Assembly (NCBI GenBank): GCA_951801955.1
Contig: CATOOV010000012.1
Span: forward strand, 740 to 64,739
DNA length: 64,000 nucleotides
Source: an uncultured Lachnospiraceae bacterium
GTDB lineage: Bacteria; Bacillota; Clostridia; Lachnospirales; Lachnospiraceae
Direction of reading: 5' to 3'
In this document: piece by piece, positions 51,090 to 62,254 of the stretch
How the letters are laid out: every line of letters starts with the position of its first letter
How positions within the stretch are numbered: position 1 is the first letter of the stretch
The notes under the pieces: model-generated
Databases searched by the model: none
What the model was told of the DNA's origin: nothing
The model's input: only the letters and a program-made list of their open reading frames with translations
Position numbers and translations under genes: made by a program

Positions 51090-51956
51090 TTATTTCCTCA
51101 ACTTGGCAATAATCTCCTCCTTCAATTCTAACCCCATATCCTTCATGCGCCGGCTGGCAGAAGGAGACGTCAAGACACTTGCCAAGAATTTTGATGCAAT
51201 CTCATATTTTTGAAAATGATAAGCCATATAAGCAAGTAAATAGTCTACCGTACTCTGCTCCATCCCGCACATGGGGAACATTTCTTTTGCAATTGCCTGC
51301 TGAAAGCCCTCAAATGCCTGGAAATAAAACTCTTCTTCTTCCTTTTTGCACTCTGCCTTGGCTGCTTTTTCTTCTGGTGTTCCCTCCGGCATGGTTTCTG
51401 CTTTTGCACGCATCAGCCAGGAAAGCTTTAGGCAGGTATATGCCTTCTCACTGTCCCTTCCTCTTTTAACCACAGTATTCAACAATGATAATTTATAGCG
51501 GTCAATTGCTTGATCATAAGTGTATGTTGATTCACTTGTTCCATCTTTTGGCTGGAACTGGCTGGCGATCTGCTCCCGTATCAATTTTATCTGTCCCGAA
51601 GATAAATGGTCAAAATAACGATTCATTGCCGTATATCCACAAACCGGACAAGAGGTGACATCGTATTTCAAAGTATCAATATACTGAAACCTGGGTCTTA
51701 AATCGCGATCTGATTCCATACGCCGGACTCTTCCATTTTTGATTACTTTGGTTTTAAATACATGGTCGCACACCTTGCAGCGCACTGTCTTTTCCAAAAT
51801 AAAATCCTGCTCTAAAGGAACATCCTTTTTTTCTTCTTGTTCTGTATTTACAGTATTGTTGTCTTTCTTCACAGTTTCTTTTTGGCTATCACCAAATAAC
51901 TGGGCGGATTCCGTGGATTTCAGACCAAATTTCTCCAAACCTGAAAATATATTCAT
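51090..51956 (-). CDS. DUF2225-like protein with a zinc ribbon
   Basis: CKVC...CPVCGY, then a helical region with CLKLSWLMR. Confidence 0.7.
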   Translation of the reverse strand: MNIFSGLEKFGLKSTESAQLFGDSQKETVKKDNNTVNTEQEEKKDVPLEQDFILEKTVRCKVCDHVFKTKVIKNGRVRRMESDRDLRPRFQYIDTLKYDVTSCPVCGYTAMNRYFDHLSSGQIKLIREQIASQFQPKDGTSESTYTYDQAIDRYKLSLLNTVVKRGRDSEKAYTCLKLSWLMRAKAETMPEGTPEEKAAKAECKKEEEEFYFQAFEGFQQAIAKEMFPMCGMEQSTVDYLLAYMAYHFQKYEIASKFLASVLTSPSASRRMKDMGLELKEEIIAKLRK

Positions 51957-52017
51957 GGTATTTTCCTCCTCTTTGTGCTACTAATGTAGTGCTTCGTTGA
52001 TATTTGTTAAAACTACA

Positions 52018-53691
52018 CTAGTTTTGTTTTGGCAGCTTATAGGAACTTTTTAAAGATACAATCCTGTTAAATACCAATGCGTCCGGTTTGGAATCCCTGG
52101 CATCTGCACAGAAAAATCCCTGTCTTACAAACTGGTAACTGTCATACGGTTTTGCATCTGCCAAAGCCGGCTCTATATAACAGTCAGGTAAGATGGACAG
52201 TGAATTGGGATTTAGATTCAAACTGCCATCCTCTTTATTGTATACCCCTTTTTCTTCATCCACCAGATTCTCATAAAGGCGCACCTCACACTTCTTTGCA
52301 AAAGGTACAGGCACCCAATGGATGGTTCCTTTTACTTTTCGCCCGGTAAATCCGCTTCCCGCCTTTGTCTGTGGATCATACGTACCATGTACTTCCACCA
52401 CATTTCCATCCTTATCCTTTACAAAGCTTTCACATTTTACAAAATAAGCATGCATCAGGCGCACTTCATTTCCTGGAAACAGACGGAAATATTTCTTCGG
52501 CGGTTCTTCCATAAAGTCTTCCCGTTCAATATACAACTCCCTGCAAAATGGAATCTTGCGCGTACCCAAAGTTTCATTTTCTAAATTATTGGCCGCATCT
52601 AAATATTCTACCTGGCCTTCTGGATAGTTATCAATTACCAGCTTAATCGGATTCAGTACAGCCATCATTCTGGACCGCTTTAATTTCAAATCCTCCCGGA
52701 TACAATACTCCAACATGGCATAATCCACAGAACTGTTTGCTTTTGACACACCACACAGTTCTACAAACTTTTGGATTGATTCGGGTGTAAATCCCCGCCG
52801 GCGCAGGGCAGCAATGGAAACCAGCCGGGGGTCATCCCATCCGTCTACGATTCCATCTTCCACCAGTTTTTTGATATATCGTTTGCCTGTTACCACATTT
52901 GTAAGGTACAACTTGGCAAACTCAATCTGTTTTGGAGGATTTTCATATTCCAATTCCCGGACTACCCAGTCATACAAAGGTCTGTGATCTTCAAATTCCA
53001 AGGTACAAATGGAGTGGCTGATACCTTCAATGGCATCTTCAATGGGATGGGCGAAATCATACATAGGATAAATACACCATTGATCCTTTGTATTGTGATG
53101 GGACATATGTGCCACACGATATAAAATTGGATCCCTCATATTGATATTGGGAGACGCCATGTCTATCTTGGCACGAAGAACAAGGGCGCCATCTTCATAC
53201 TCTCCATGTTTCATATCCTCAAAAAGCGCAAGGTTTTCCTCTATACTTCTCTGTCTTCCAGGATCTTCCTTTCCAGGTTCCGTAAGGGTTCCACGGTACT
53301 CCCGAATCTGGTCGGCATTCAGCTGTGATACATAAGCTTTCCCTTTTCGAATCAATTTGATGGCTGCCTCATACATCTGTTGAAAATAATTAGACGCAAA
53401 AAACAGGCGATCTTCCCAGTCTGCCCCCAACCATTTAATATCCTCTTTGATAGACTCTACAAATTCCACCTTTTCTTTGGTAGGATTCGTGTCATCAAAA
53501 CGCATATGAAATTTTCCATGATATTTCTTTGCCAATCCGTAATTCAGCAAAATGGATTTTGCATGTCCAATATGAAGATAACCATTCGGCTCTGGTGGAA
53601 AGCGTGTTCGAACTATCTCACAATGTCCCTCCTTTATATCTTCCTCAATGATTTGTTCAATAAAGTTCCTGGAAACTATTTCGTTTTCCAT
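52018..53691 (-). CDS. glnS: Glutamine-tRNA ligase
   Basis: Motifs [31 protein letters not shown] and GWDDPRL. Confidence 0.96.
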   Translation of the reverse strand: MENEIVSRNFIEQIIEEDIKEGHCEIVRTRFPPEPNGYLHIGHAKSILLNYGLAKKYHGKFHMRFDDTNPTKEKVEFVESIKEDIKWLGADWEDRLFFASNYFQQMYEAAIKLIRKGKAYVSQLNADQIREYRGTLTEPGKEDPGRQRSIEENLALFEDMKHGEYEDGALVLRAKIDMASPNINMRDPILYRVAHMSHHNTKDQWCIYPMYDFAHPIEDAIEGISHSICTLEFEDHRPLYDWVVRELEYENPPKQIEFAKLYLTNVVTGKRYIKKLVEDGIVDGWDDPRLVSIAALRRRGFTPESIQKFVELCGVSKANSSVDYAMLEYCIREDLKLKRSRMMAVLNPIKLVIDNYPEGQVEYLDAANNLENETLGTRKIPFCRELYIEREDFMEEPPKKYFRLFPGNEVRLMHAYFVKCESFVKDKDGNVVEVHGTYDPQTKAGSGFTGRKVKGTIHWVPVPFAKKCEVRLYENLVDEEKGVYNKEDGSLNLNPNSLSILPDCYIEPALADAKPYDSYQFVRQGFFCADARDSKPDALVFNRIVSLKSSYKLPKQN

Positions 53692-53770
53692 CTGTGTTCC
53701 TCCTGGTATTTTCTTAATTCTTATTTACAAGTGTGCTAATTTTCTTCTCATTAAAAAACTTTATGAAAAA

Positions 53771-53825
53771 TTCGGATGCCAAAAACAGCTTTGCGCTATC
53801 TTATTACTTCCTTGACACCCGAATC
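53771..53825. repeat. Degenerate family B inverted repeat in the glnS leader
   Basis: TTCGGATGCCAA...TTGACACCCGAATC. Confidence 0.65.
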
Positions 53826-53841
53826 TTACAAGAATGGTTTC

Positions 53842-53870
53842 ATTATAAATTCTACTTCCCAGTTTGTCAA
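53842..53870 (-). promoter_or_regulatory. Consensus SigA promoter for glnS
   Basis: TTGACA-17 bp-TATAAT. Confidence 0.85.
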
Positions 53871-53884
53871 TAAAAGAGTTGGTT

Positions 53885-54727
53885 TTAGGAACTCCGTTTT
53901 ACATGCTGATGGGTAAATAAATGGTCCTGGCAATACTCATAGTTTCCATCACATTTCGAACAAAACCGAAATTCCAATTCTGCCCCATCTTGTTCCGTCC
54001 TCCCACAAATGGCACATTTATGCTTGGTAACTCGATCAGACTGGCGCATTTGCTGACGGTAAACCTGTTTTCTATGAATCTCCCTGGGGGAAATCCTATG
54101 ATAATTCCTGGTACTGAAAAAGAAGATCAAGAAATTTAACAGCGAAGCAATAATCGCCACTTTTCCTGCCCAGTTGTTGGCTATAAACATAAATCCCATC
54201 CAGACCGCATCAATAATCCCCAGCCATTTTGCCTTAAAAGGAATAATAAAGTACAAGCGGAATTCCACGTTGGGAAAGATTGCTGCAAATGCCATGAACA
54301 AAGACATTGTAACATATTCCGTGCTAAAATAATATCCAATTCCTGTGACTGTCACTCCAGAAACAATATAGTAAACCATATACAGAAAAAAAGCTCCCAA
54401 TATGGAACACAACAAACCGCCAATCAGATATACATTATAACGAAAAGTGCCAATTGCCTGTTCAATGGATGTTCCTATAAAATAATAACAGGAAAGAAAA
54501 AAAATCAAGAACAAAATGTTCACTGCCGGAGGAATCAGAATCCATGATAAGATCCTCCACACCTGTCCATGTAGAATCAGATAAGGTTCCAGCGTCAGCA
54601 TATTCTGCACTTGTGGCATCGTATACTGAATAATAAATCCCAATACCCAGGCTCCAATCAGCCAAAAAGTAAGATTGGGAATTGCATATCTGCCAAATTT
54701 TCGTTCCATTTTATTTAGAAAATTCAT
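53885..54727 (-). CDS. Membrane protein (rhomboid/Derlin-like TM region) with a C-terminal Cys/His zinc-finger-like motif
   Basis: GQVWRILSW motif, about 6 TM helices, and CAICG...FCSKCDGNYEYCQDHLFTH. Confidence 0.7.
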   Translation of the reverse strand: MNFLNKMERKFGRYAIPNLTFWLIGAWVLGFIIQYTMPQVQNMLTLEPYLILHGQVWRILSWILIPPAVNILFLIFFLSCYYFIGTSIEQAIGTFRYNVYLIGGLLCSILGAFFLYMVYYIVSGVTVTGIGYYFSTEYVTMSLFMAFAAIFPNVEFRLYFIIPFKAKWLGIIDAVWMGFMFIANNWAGKVAIIASLLNFLIFFFSTRNYHRISPREIHRKQVYRQQMRQSDRVTKHKCAICGRTEQDGAELEFRFCSKCDGNYEYCQDHLFTHQHVKRSS

Positions 54728-54757
54728 AATGCACCTCACTTGATTTAATTAATTTTC

Positions 54758-54786
54758 ATTATAAATTTTCTTACCAGGTTTGTCAA
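54758..54786 (-). promoter_or_regulatory. Consensus SigA promoter
   Basis: TTGACA-17 bp-TATAAT upstream of the ATG at 54727. Confidence 0.8.
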
Positions 54787-54812
54787 CGAATGGGGCAGAG
54801 TTCATAAAAACT

Positions 54813-55637
54813 TTATATTTCATCCATACTGTTGGGATAATTTCTATTTTTCATATTTTTGTGTCTATTCCAGTCATTTCGCCCATCCCAATCACCCCGA
54901 TGATTTCTTCCATCCCGGTCGTCTCGGTCGTTTCGGTCATCCCGGTCGTTTCGGTCATCCCGGTCATCTCGATCGTCCCAGTCGTTTCGGTCATCCCAGT
55001 CGTCCCGGTCATCCCAGTCGTCCCGGTCATCCCGGTCGTCCCAATCGTCCCGGTCATCCCGGTCGTTTCGGTCATCCCAGTCGTTTCGGTCATCCCGGTC
55101 GTTTCGGTCGTCCCGGTCATCCCGGTCGTTTCGGTCATCCCAGTCGTCCCGGTCATCCCGGTCGTTTCGGTCATCCCAGTCGTCCCGGTCATCCTGGTCG
55201 TCCCGGTCATCCCGGTCGTTTCGGTCATCCCAGTTGTTTCGGTCATCCCAGGTCTCTTGACTCATCATTCCATTCTGGTCGTTCCAAGTCTCTCGATTCA
55301 TCATTTCATTCTGATCCATCATTTCATTCTGATTCATCATTTCATTTGGAATTTCCCTGCTTTCCTGCCCCCCCCATTGGTCCATTCCCAGAAACTGGTC
55401 GCGCTCATTGGCGCCAACAGCCCTTGGCTGAATGGTTGCCGGAATGCACAGTTCATCGCCAATCTGCAAGTTATATACATCTACAAAGGGATTGGCAAAC
55501 ATCAGCTGTCCCACACTCACATGATACCTTTTCCCCAACTGATAAAGGGTATCCCCCTTCTGTATCACATGAATGATTCCCCTGCATGGTCCGCCGGGAT
55601 AAATCGGTCCAATTGGAATCGGTATAATTCTTGCCAT
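54813..55637 (-). CDS. LysM-domain protein with a long Asp/Arg/Trp tripeptide-repeat tail (possible spore-associated protein)
   Basis: Lys[29 protein letters not shown]...[10 protein letters not shown]; GGAGG RBS; no signal peptide. Confidence 0.8.
   Translation of the reverse strand: MARIIPIPIGPIYPGGPCRGIIHVIQKGDTLYQLGKRYHVSVGQLMFANPFVDVYNLQIGDELCIPATIQPRAVGANERDQFLGMDQWGGQESREIPNEMMNQNEMMDQNEMMNRETWNDQNGMMSQETWDDRNNWDDRNDRDDRDDQDDRDDWDDRNDRDDRDDWDDRNDRDDRDDRNDRDDRNDWDDRNDRDDRDDWDDRDDRDDWDDRDDWDDRNDWDDRDDRDDRNDRDDRNDRDDRDGRNHRGDWDGRNDWNRHKNMKNRNYPNSMDEI
54911..55250. repeat. 9-bp-period coding tandem repeat (about 37 units)
   Basis: Units such as GTCATCCCG, GTCGTTTCG, GTCGTCCCG and GTCATCCCA. 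Confidence 0.95.
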
Positions 55638-55884
55638 AAATTAATTTCCTCCATTTTATTTCCAATACTATTTCCTTTATTATATTCCAACAATAAAAAT
55701 CGGTGTTAAAATTCAAACAAACGGCATGATGGGCGGCACTTGGGTAGAATGAAAGCCACCAGCATTCTGTGTCAAATTAAAAAAATTCATTCTCCATTTC
55801 CTATAATATGAATATACTAGTTAAAAAAACACCTCAAATGCGGCTGCGCTCGTTGAACAAAGTGTCTGCTCTTCCTTTATTGAT

Positions 55885-55949
55885 TGAGAAAATAAATATG
55901 CGCACGCGCACATGGGGAAACTATTGCTTCACAATTGTGCTCGGCGCGG
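55885..55949 (-). repeat. Inverted partial copy of repeat family A
   Basis: The reverse complement CCGCGCCGAGCACA...TGTGCGCGTGCGCATATTTATTTTCTCA matches 10714-10778. Confidence 0.85.
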
Positions 55950-56186
55950 CAAAGTGTGCACCCCCTTCCCAAACAATGGGAGAAAGTGTCTGAGGGGGCT
56001 TGGTCACTTTGTTCTAAATTCTAAACATTCTATAAAATCTGCAAAACCAATTGTTTTTTGTAAATTCCTGTCGTATAATAAGCAATGTTCGATTTGGGAA
56101 CGCTTATATTATAAATAGGAAGAAACAGTAAAAATTTACCATTGCTTTATCAGATGGTTATTAATGTATTGACCTTCATCTCAGTG

Positions 56187-56263
56187 GAATCCAAGAACGT
56201 CATCGGCGTTCTTGCTGCGGGGTGCGGGGAAGCTTCCCTGACAAAACAAATCCGCACCCCTGC
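56187..56263 (+). repeat. Copy of repeat family C
   Basis: CCAAGAACGTCATCGGCGTTCTT...GGGGTGCGG...AAATCCGCACCCCTG. Confidence 0.9.
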
Positions 56264-56470
56264 AATCCGCCGGAGGCTTTTATCTCAGTCGGAGACCCAT
56301 CTCCCACTGAGGCAAATTTGTTTTACTCACCACTTATACCCAAAGGGTATGCCATGCGGCATTTCACAAGGTATACCCCACGGCATCCCATCATGCCATG
56401 CGACGTGTCATAATGTAGAAAAGTGGGAGTCTTCTCCGATGAGATAAACAAGAACCCTGGAGGTAACGAT

Positions 56471-59400
56471 ATGGAAAAACAAAATTTGCACCGGTTGGGC
56501 ATTGATATTGGTTCAACCACTGTAAAAATTGCAATATTAAACCAGGAGAATGAAATGGTCTTTGCCGACTACGAGAGACATTTCGCAAATATCCGAGAAA
56601 CTCTTTCCGATCTGCTCTCAAAAGCACAGGACGCTCTTGGCAATCTCTTTTTGGCACCAATCATCACAGGTTCTGGTGGACTGACACTCGCCAAACACCT
56701 GGAAATTCCTTTTGTCCAGGAAGTAATTGCCGTGTCTTGCGCTTTGCAGGATTACGCCCCTCAGACAGATGTTGCCATCGAGCTTGGCGGAGAAGACGCG
56801 AAAATCATTTATTTTGAAGGCGGAAATGTGGAACAACGCATGAACGGCATTTGCGCTGGAGGCACTGGGTCTTTTATTGACCAGATGGCATCCCTCCTTC
56901 AGACTGATGCAACAGGATTAAATACATATGCAAAGAATTACAAGGCTATTTATCCCATTGCGGCACGCTGCGGAGTGTTTGCCAAATCCGATATCCAGCC
57001 TTTGATTAATGAAGGAGCCTCCAAAGAGGATTTAGCTGCATCTATTTTTCAGGCTGTAGTAAATCAGACTATTTCGGGGCTTGCCTGCGGAAAGCCTATT
57101 CGGGGACATGTTGCTTTTTTGGGTGGACCCCTTCATTTTTTACCAGAATTAAAAGAAACTTTTATCCGCACCTTAAAACTGGATGAAGCGCACATTATCG
57201 CGCCAGACCACTCCCATTTATTCGCGGCAATTGGCTCTGCTTTAAACTCTAAACCAGAAACCAGCATGGAGTTAAAACATATTCTGAAGAAACTTTCTTC
57301 TGAAATCCATATGGAATTCGAAGTAGAACGCATGGAACCCCTGTTTTCCTCCCAGGAGGATTATGAACGGTTTCAAAAACGCCACAGCAGGCACCATGTC
57401 ATCACTGGAGATATCTCCACTTACACTGGAAATTGTTTTCTGGGCATCGACGCTGGTTCCACCACCACCAAAGCAGCGCTTGTGGGCGAGGATGGTTCTC
57501 TGTTGTACTCTTTCTACAGCAGCAACAACGGCAATCCCCTTGCCACTGCAACCTTAGCATTTGAAGAAATCTACACCCTTCTGCCAGAACAGGCACAAAT
57601 TGTACACTCCTGCTCTACCGGATATGGGGAAGCACTGTTAAAATCTGCTTTTATGCTGGATGAAGGAGAAGTAGAAACCGTCGCACATTATTATGCGGCA
57701 GCATTTTTCAATCCTGAAGTAGATTGTATTTTAGACATTGGCGGCCAGGATATGAAATGCATAAAAATCAAAAACCAGACCGTTGACAGTGTACAGCTCA
57801 ATGAAGCATGTTCCTCCGGCTGCGGCTCTTTTATTGAAACTTTTGCAAAATCCCTGAATTATTCTGTAGAAGATTTTGCACATGCGGCGCTGTTTGCCAA
57901 AAATCCAATTGACCTTGGAACCCGCTGCACAGTATTTATGAATTCCAAAGTTAAACAGGCGCAGAAGGAAGGCGCAGAAGTATCTGACATCTCTGCCGGG
58001 CTTGCCTACTCTGTGATCAAGAATGCCTTGTTTAAAGTAATCAAGGTAAGTGATGCAAAAGACTTGGGAAAACATATCGTGGTACAAGGCGGGACATTCT
58101 ATAACAACGCTGTACTTCGCAGCTTTGAAAAGATCTCTGGCTGTGAGGCAATCCGCCCAGATATCGCAGGAATCATGGGAGCCTTTGGAGCAGCGCTGAT
58201 TGCAAGGGAGCGCTATGAAGACCATCCAGGCACCACCATGCTCTCTTTGGACGAGATTGAAAACCTGAAAGTTGACACAAAATTGACCAGATGCCAGGGG
58301 TGTACCAACCACTGCCTTTTAACCATCCACCGCTTTTCTGGAAATCGGCAGTTTATTACCGGAAACCGCTGTGAAAAAGGGCTTGGCAAAGAGAAAAATA
58401 AAGAACATATTCCAAACCTCTTTGAATACAAAAATGCCCGCATTTTCGACTGCAAACCTCTATCCGAGGAAGATGCCGTCCGGGGAACAGTTGGTATTCC
58501 CAGAGTGTTAAATATGTATGAAAATTATCCGTTCTGGTCGGTATTTTTCAAGACCTTAAAATTCCGCACTCTGCTGTCCCCCCAGTCCACCAGGAAAATT
58601 TACGAAATGGGAATTGAATCCATTCCCAGCGAATCAGAATGTTATCCTGCAAAATTGGCGCATGGGCATGTTGCATGGTTAATACAGCACCATCCAGATT
58701 TTATTTTTTACCCCTGCATCCCTTATGAGCGCAATGAATTTCCAGATTCCAACAACCACTACAACTGCCCCATTGTTACCTCTTATTCAGAAAATATCAA
58801 AAACAATGTGGACGAAATCACTTCTGGAAAGGTACGGTTTTTAAATCCTTTCCTGTCCTTTGCCTCCAAAGAGGCATTGGCAGAACAGTTGAAACTGGTC
58901 TTCGGCAAGGAATTTTCCATTCCATCCGAGGAGATACTAACAGCAGTAGACGCAGGCTGGCAGGAACTTGCCCACATGCGTGAAGATATACGCCGCAAAG
59001 GGGAAGAAACCCTAAAATATATGGAAAGAACAGGACGCCGGGGAATTGTCCTTGCGGGACGCCCCTACCATGTTGACCCGGAAATCCATCACGGAATCCC
59101 AGAATTGATCAACTCCTATGGGATCGCTGTATTGACAGAAGATTCCATTTCCCATTTACATGAAGTGGAACGCCCGCTCCTTGTAATGGACCAGTGGATG
59201 TATCATTCCAGGCTTTACGCTGCTGCAAATTTTGTCAAGACAAGGGATGACCTGGATCTCATCCAGCTAAACTCTTTTGGCTGCGGATTAGACGCTGTCA
59301 CTACAGACCAGGTCAACGATATTTTGACAAAATCCGGCAAAATATACACCTGCCTGAAAATAGATGAGGTAAATAATTTGGGTGCCGCACGGATCCGGAT

Positions 59401-60736
59401 CCGTTCCCTGCTCTCGGCGCTTCGGGTCAAAGACAAACAAAAGACCTGCCGCACCATACAGCCTTCCAACTTCAAACGTGTAGTATTTACAGAGGAAATG
59501 CGTGAAACTTATACCATCCTCTGCCCTCAAATGTCCCCTTTACACTTTGAACTGCTGCAGCCCGCATTTCGGTCCTGCGGCTATCAAATAGTGGTTTTGG
59601 ACAACGACGGAAAAACTGCGGTAAACATGGGATTAAAATATGTCAACAATGACGCTTGCTATCCTTCCCTGATGGTGGTAGGACAGATTATGGACGCCAT
59701 CCTGTCAGGGAAATACGATTTAACTAAAACAGCAATTGTGATCACCCAGACGGGCGGCGGCTGTCGTGCTTCCAACTATATTGGTTTTATCCGCCGGGCG
59801 CTGGAGAAGGCAGGATACCCAGATATTCCGGTTATTTCTGTGAATTTAAGCGGTTTGGAGGAAAATCCTGGCTTTAAATTCACCCTTCCCCTATTGCAGA
59901 AAGGGCTTTATGCCTTAATATTTGGGGACATTTTTATGCGCTGCCTGTACCGCACCAGACCTTATGAGACAGTACCTGGAACGGCAAATGCCCTCCACCA
60001 ACGATGGAAGGAAAAATGTATTGGTCTGCTGTCTACAAAAAAAATATGTTCCCACCAAAAATTCAAACAGTACTGCCGGGAAATTATTCGGGATTTCGAC
60101 AACCTTCCCATGACGGATGAACGCAAGCCAAAAGTAGGGATTGTGGGAGAAATACTGGTAAAATTCCTTCCTGCGGCAAACAATTACCTGGTGGAACTGT
60201 TGGAATCAGAGGGCGCAGAGGCTGTTGTTCCAGATTTGACAGATTTTTTGCTCTATTGTTTCTATAACCAAAATTTCAGGGCAACACATTTAGGGCTGAA
60301 AAAATCCAGCGCACGCAACGCAAATTGGGGAATCAAAATACTGGAATGGCTGCGGGGCGCCGCCAGGGATGAATTTGAGAAGAGCCAGCATTTTCAGCCG
60401 CCGGCACACATTCAGACCTTGGCTGGCTATGCAAACCCCATTGTATCGGAAGGCAACCAAACCGGGGAAGGCTGGTTTCTCACAGGTGAAATGCTGGAAC
60501 TGATTCACTCTGGCACCAACAATATTATATGTACCCAGCCTTTTGGCTGTCTGCCCAACCATGTCGTTGGCAAAGGCGTCATCAAAGAAATCCGACACCA
60601 ATATCCGTTATCCAACATTGTTGCCATTGACTACGATCCAGGCGCCTCTGAGGTAAACCAGCTAAACCGAATCAAATTGATGTTGTCTACTGCACAAAAA
60701 AACTTAGCTCAAACACAAGGCAAGACAGATAGTTAA
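56471..60736 (+). CDS. Large CoA-substrate activase-related protein (two BadF/BcrA-D ASKHA ATPase domains plus DUF2229 / 2-hydroxyacyl-CoA dehydratase-like domains)
   Basis: [49 protein letters not shown] and QPFGCLPNH. Confidence 0.9.
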   Translation: MEKQNLHRLGIDIGSTTVKIAILNQENEMVFADYERHFANIRETLSDLLSKAQDALGNLFLAPIITGSGGLTLAKHLEIPFVQEVIAVSCALQDYAPQTDVAIELGGEDAKIIYFEGGNVEQRMNGICAGGTGSFIDQMASLLQTDATGLNTYAKNYKAIYPIAARCGVFAKSDIQPLINEGASKEDLAASIFQAVVNQTISGLACGKPIRGHVAFLGGPLHFLPELKETFIRTLKLDEAHIIAPDHSHLFAAIGSALNSKPETSMELKHILKKLSSEIHMEFEVERMEPLFSSQEDYERFQKRHSRHHVITGDISTYTGNCFLGIDAGSTTTKAALVGEDGSLLYSFYSSNNGNPLATATLAFEEIYTLLPEQAQIVHSCSTGYGEALLKSAFMLDEGEVETVAHYYAAAFFNPEVDCILDIGGQDMKCIKIKNQTVDSVQLNEACSSGCGSFIETFAKSLNYSVEDFAHAALFAKNPIDLGTRCTVFMNSKVKQAQKEGAEVSDISAGLAYSVIKNALFKVIKVSDAKDLGKHIVVQGGTFYNNAVLRSFEKISGCEAIRPDIAGIMGAFGAALIARERYEDHPGTTMLSLDEIENLKVDTKLTRCQGCTNHCLLTIHRFSGNRQFITGNRCEKGLGKEKNKEHIPNLFEYKNARIFDCKPLSEEDAVRGTVGIPRVLNMYENYPFWSVFFKTLKFRTLLSPQSTRKIYEMGIESIPSESECYPAKLAHGHVAWLIQHHPDFIFYPCIPYERNEFPDSNNHYNCPIVTSYSENIKNNVDEITSGKVRFLNPFLSFASKEALAEQLKLVFGKEFSIPSEEILTAVDAGWQELAHMREDIRRKGEETLKYMERTGRRGIVLAGRPYHVDPEIHHGIPELINSYGIAVLTEDSISHLHEVERPLLVMDQWMYHSRLYAAANFVKTRDDLDLIQLNSFGCGLDAVTTDQVNDILTKSGKIYTCLKIDEVNNLGAARIRIRSLLSALRVKDKQKTCRTIQPSNFKRVVFTEEMRETYTILCPQMSPLHFELLQPAFRSCGYQIVVLDNDGKTAVNMGLKYVNNDACYPSLMVVGQIMDAILSGKYDLTKTAIVITQTGGGCRASNYIGFIRRALEKAGYPDIPVISVNLSGLEENPGFKFTLPLLQKGLYALIFGDIFMRCLYRTRPYETVPGTANALHQRWKEKCIGLLSTKKICSHQKFKQYCREIIRDFDNLPMTDERKPKVGIVGEILVKFLPAANNYLVELLESEGAEAVVPDLTDFLLYCFYNQNFRATHLGLKKSSARNANWGIKILEWLRGAARDEFEKSQHFQPPAHIQTLAGYANPIVSEGNQTGEGWFLTGEMLELIHSGTNNIICTQPFGCLPNHVVGKGVIKEIRHQYPLSNIVAIDYDPGASEVNQLNRIKLMLSTAQKNLAQTQGKTDS

Positions 60737-60741
60737 ATAAT

Positions 60742-60915
60742 AGGGAGCTGTCACATTAAGAAAACAGTATACAAGATATAGCACTTTTTAACGGAAAATA
60801 CGATATCTTGTAGAACAAAAAGCAGGAGTGCAGATTTGTTTCTGTCAACAGAGCTGACCTGCACCCCACAGCAAGAACGCCAATGGCGTTCTTGAATCTT
60901 AGTGTGACAGCCCCT
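60742..60915. mobile_element. MITE-like element with about 19-bp imperfect terminal inverted repeats, carrying a family C repeat
   Basis: Left end AGGGAGCTGTCACATTAAGA, right end TCTTAGTGTGACAGCCCCT; no ORF. Confidence 0.6.
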
Positions 60916-61048
60916 CTATTTTTTGAAGTCAATCCATCCCCTAATTCGTTTGTATCTAATAAGAGCGTGAATGCTGGCTCATATTACTTTCTAAAATGTC
61001 AGAATCGTTCTTAAATTATTCAAATTTTGAAATAGGAGGATATTACAT

Positions 61049-62113
61049 ATGAAACGCAATAAAATTTTAACACTGATTCTTGGAATCGCCATTTTATCTG
61101 GCATCATCTGCTCTGGCATGGTGATTGCCCAGGGAATTCAAACCGGAAACAAGCAGATCCATAACATAGCTTCCAACAAGAAAGAAACACATCGCGTCCC
61201 TTGGAAGCTAAAAAAAACAAAACTGGAAGAATTTTCAGAGATCTCTGTCTTTTTGAGTTACTGTAATTTTACCATCCTTCCAAGTGACGATTACTATTTG
61301 GAATACCGCATGGATGGGAGCTGTGAGAAACCAAAATACGATATTTCCAATGGAAAATTTCAATTCCAGGAGGGACAGCCCTTGTCAGCGTTCAACACAG
61401 GATTCCACTTCTTTTTTAACTTTGGAAATCCTTCCTCCAACCAGGGACCGTTCTATGTAAACCTCTATGTACCCAGTGAACAGTACTTCGACAGGTTTAC
61501 CCTCTCCAGCGAGAGCGGGAATGCTGAAATTGATACAATCCAGACAAAAAAAGCAGATATCACCATAGATTACGGCAACCTGGATCTAGAAAATTTCACT
61601 GGGAAAAACCTCTCCATCAAGGCTGAATCTGGCAATATAGAAATGGGCTCTGTCACTTGTGATACCTTGGATGTCACAGATGAATATGGAAACTTCTCTG
61701 GGGGCGACTTTAAAATTTCCCAAAAAGCCACATGGAAACTGGAAAGTGGAAACCTTGAACTTTCCAAACTAAAAACAGGGCATCTGTCACTTTCAGACGA
61801 TTACGGAAATTGTTCTATAGATGAAACCATACTAAAGAGCAGCGACATTTCTATGGAATCTGGGAATCTCACCCTGAAGAAAGCGATCCTTGGAACCACC
61901 AATATCAACAGCTCTTATGGAGATATCGATTTGAGGCTTGCCAGCCCTGTTACAGATTATAATTATAATCTAAACTTAGAATATGGTTCCCTAAACATGG
62001 ATCGTAAAGAAATAGAAACAGACGAAGACGGGGAAATCCACTATCGCAAAGATAACAAACAGGAAAATGAAATTAATATTTCCAGTGAAAGCGGGAATGT
62101 TACGATTCAATAA
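61049..62113 (+). CDS. DUF4097 (putative adhesin) beta-strand repeat protein, membrane anchored
   Basis: N-terminal TM helix; recurring ESGN/YGN beta repeats. Confidence 0.8.
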   Translation: MKRNKILTLILGIAILSGIICSGMVIAQGIQTGNKQIHNIASNKKETHRVPWKLKKTKLEEFSEISVFLSYCNFTILPSDDYYLEYRMDGSCEKPKYDISNGKFQFQEGQPLSAFNTGFHFFFNFGNPSSNQGPFYVNLYVPSEQYFDRFTLSSESGNAEIDTIQTKKADITIDYGNLDLENFTGKNLSIKAESGNIEMGSVTCDTLDVTDEYGNFSGGDFKISQKATWKLESGNLELSKLKTGHLSLSDDYGNCSIDETILKSSDISMESGNLTLKKAILGTTNINSSYGDIDLRLASPVTDYNYNLNLEYGSLNMDRKEIETDEDGEIHYRKDNKQENEINISSESGNVTIQ

Positions 62114-62190
62114 AAAATATCTTAATCCTCAACCATTTTCCCTTTTATTTCATAGTTTTCTTTTTTGAGGAAAACTACAGGAAATACAAC

Positions 62191-62219
62191 AGGGGGCATC
62201 AAAAAAGCAGATGCCCCCT
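62191..62219. terminator. Hairpin between convergent genes
   Basis: AGGGGGCATC-N9-GATGCCCCCT. Confidence 0.6.
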
Positions 62220-62254
62220 ATGATTGCCATTATATTCTTTTTATTGTCTGCCTT

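Noticed and set aside
52018-53691. GlnRS in a Firmicute as a novelty
   Set aside because: GlnRS is already known in many Clostridia.
53692-53841. T-box riboswitch upstream of glnS
   Set aside because: No T-box consensus (GGTGGNACCGCG) or terminator/antiterminator is visible, and the leader is short and occupied by a family B repeat.
54780-55709. 309-aa VIPVVS-repeat ORF (+) and 131-aa MTGTTG-repeat ORF (-)
   Set aside because: Alternative-frame products of the stop-free 9-bp array; only the LysM frame has a recognisable domain and an RBS.
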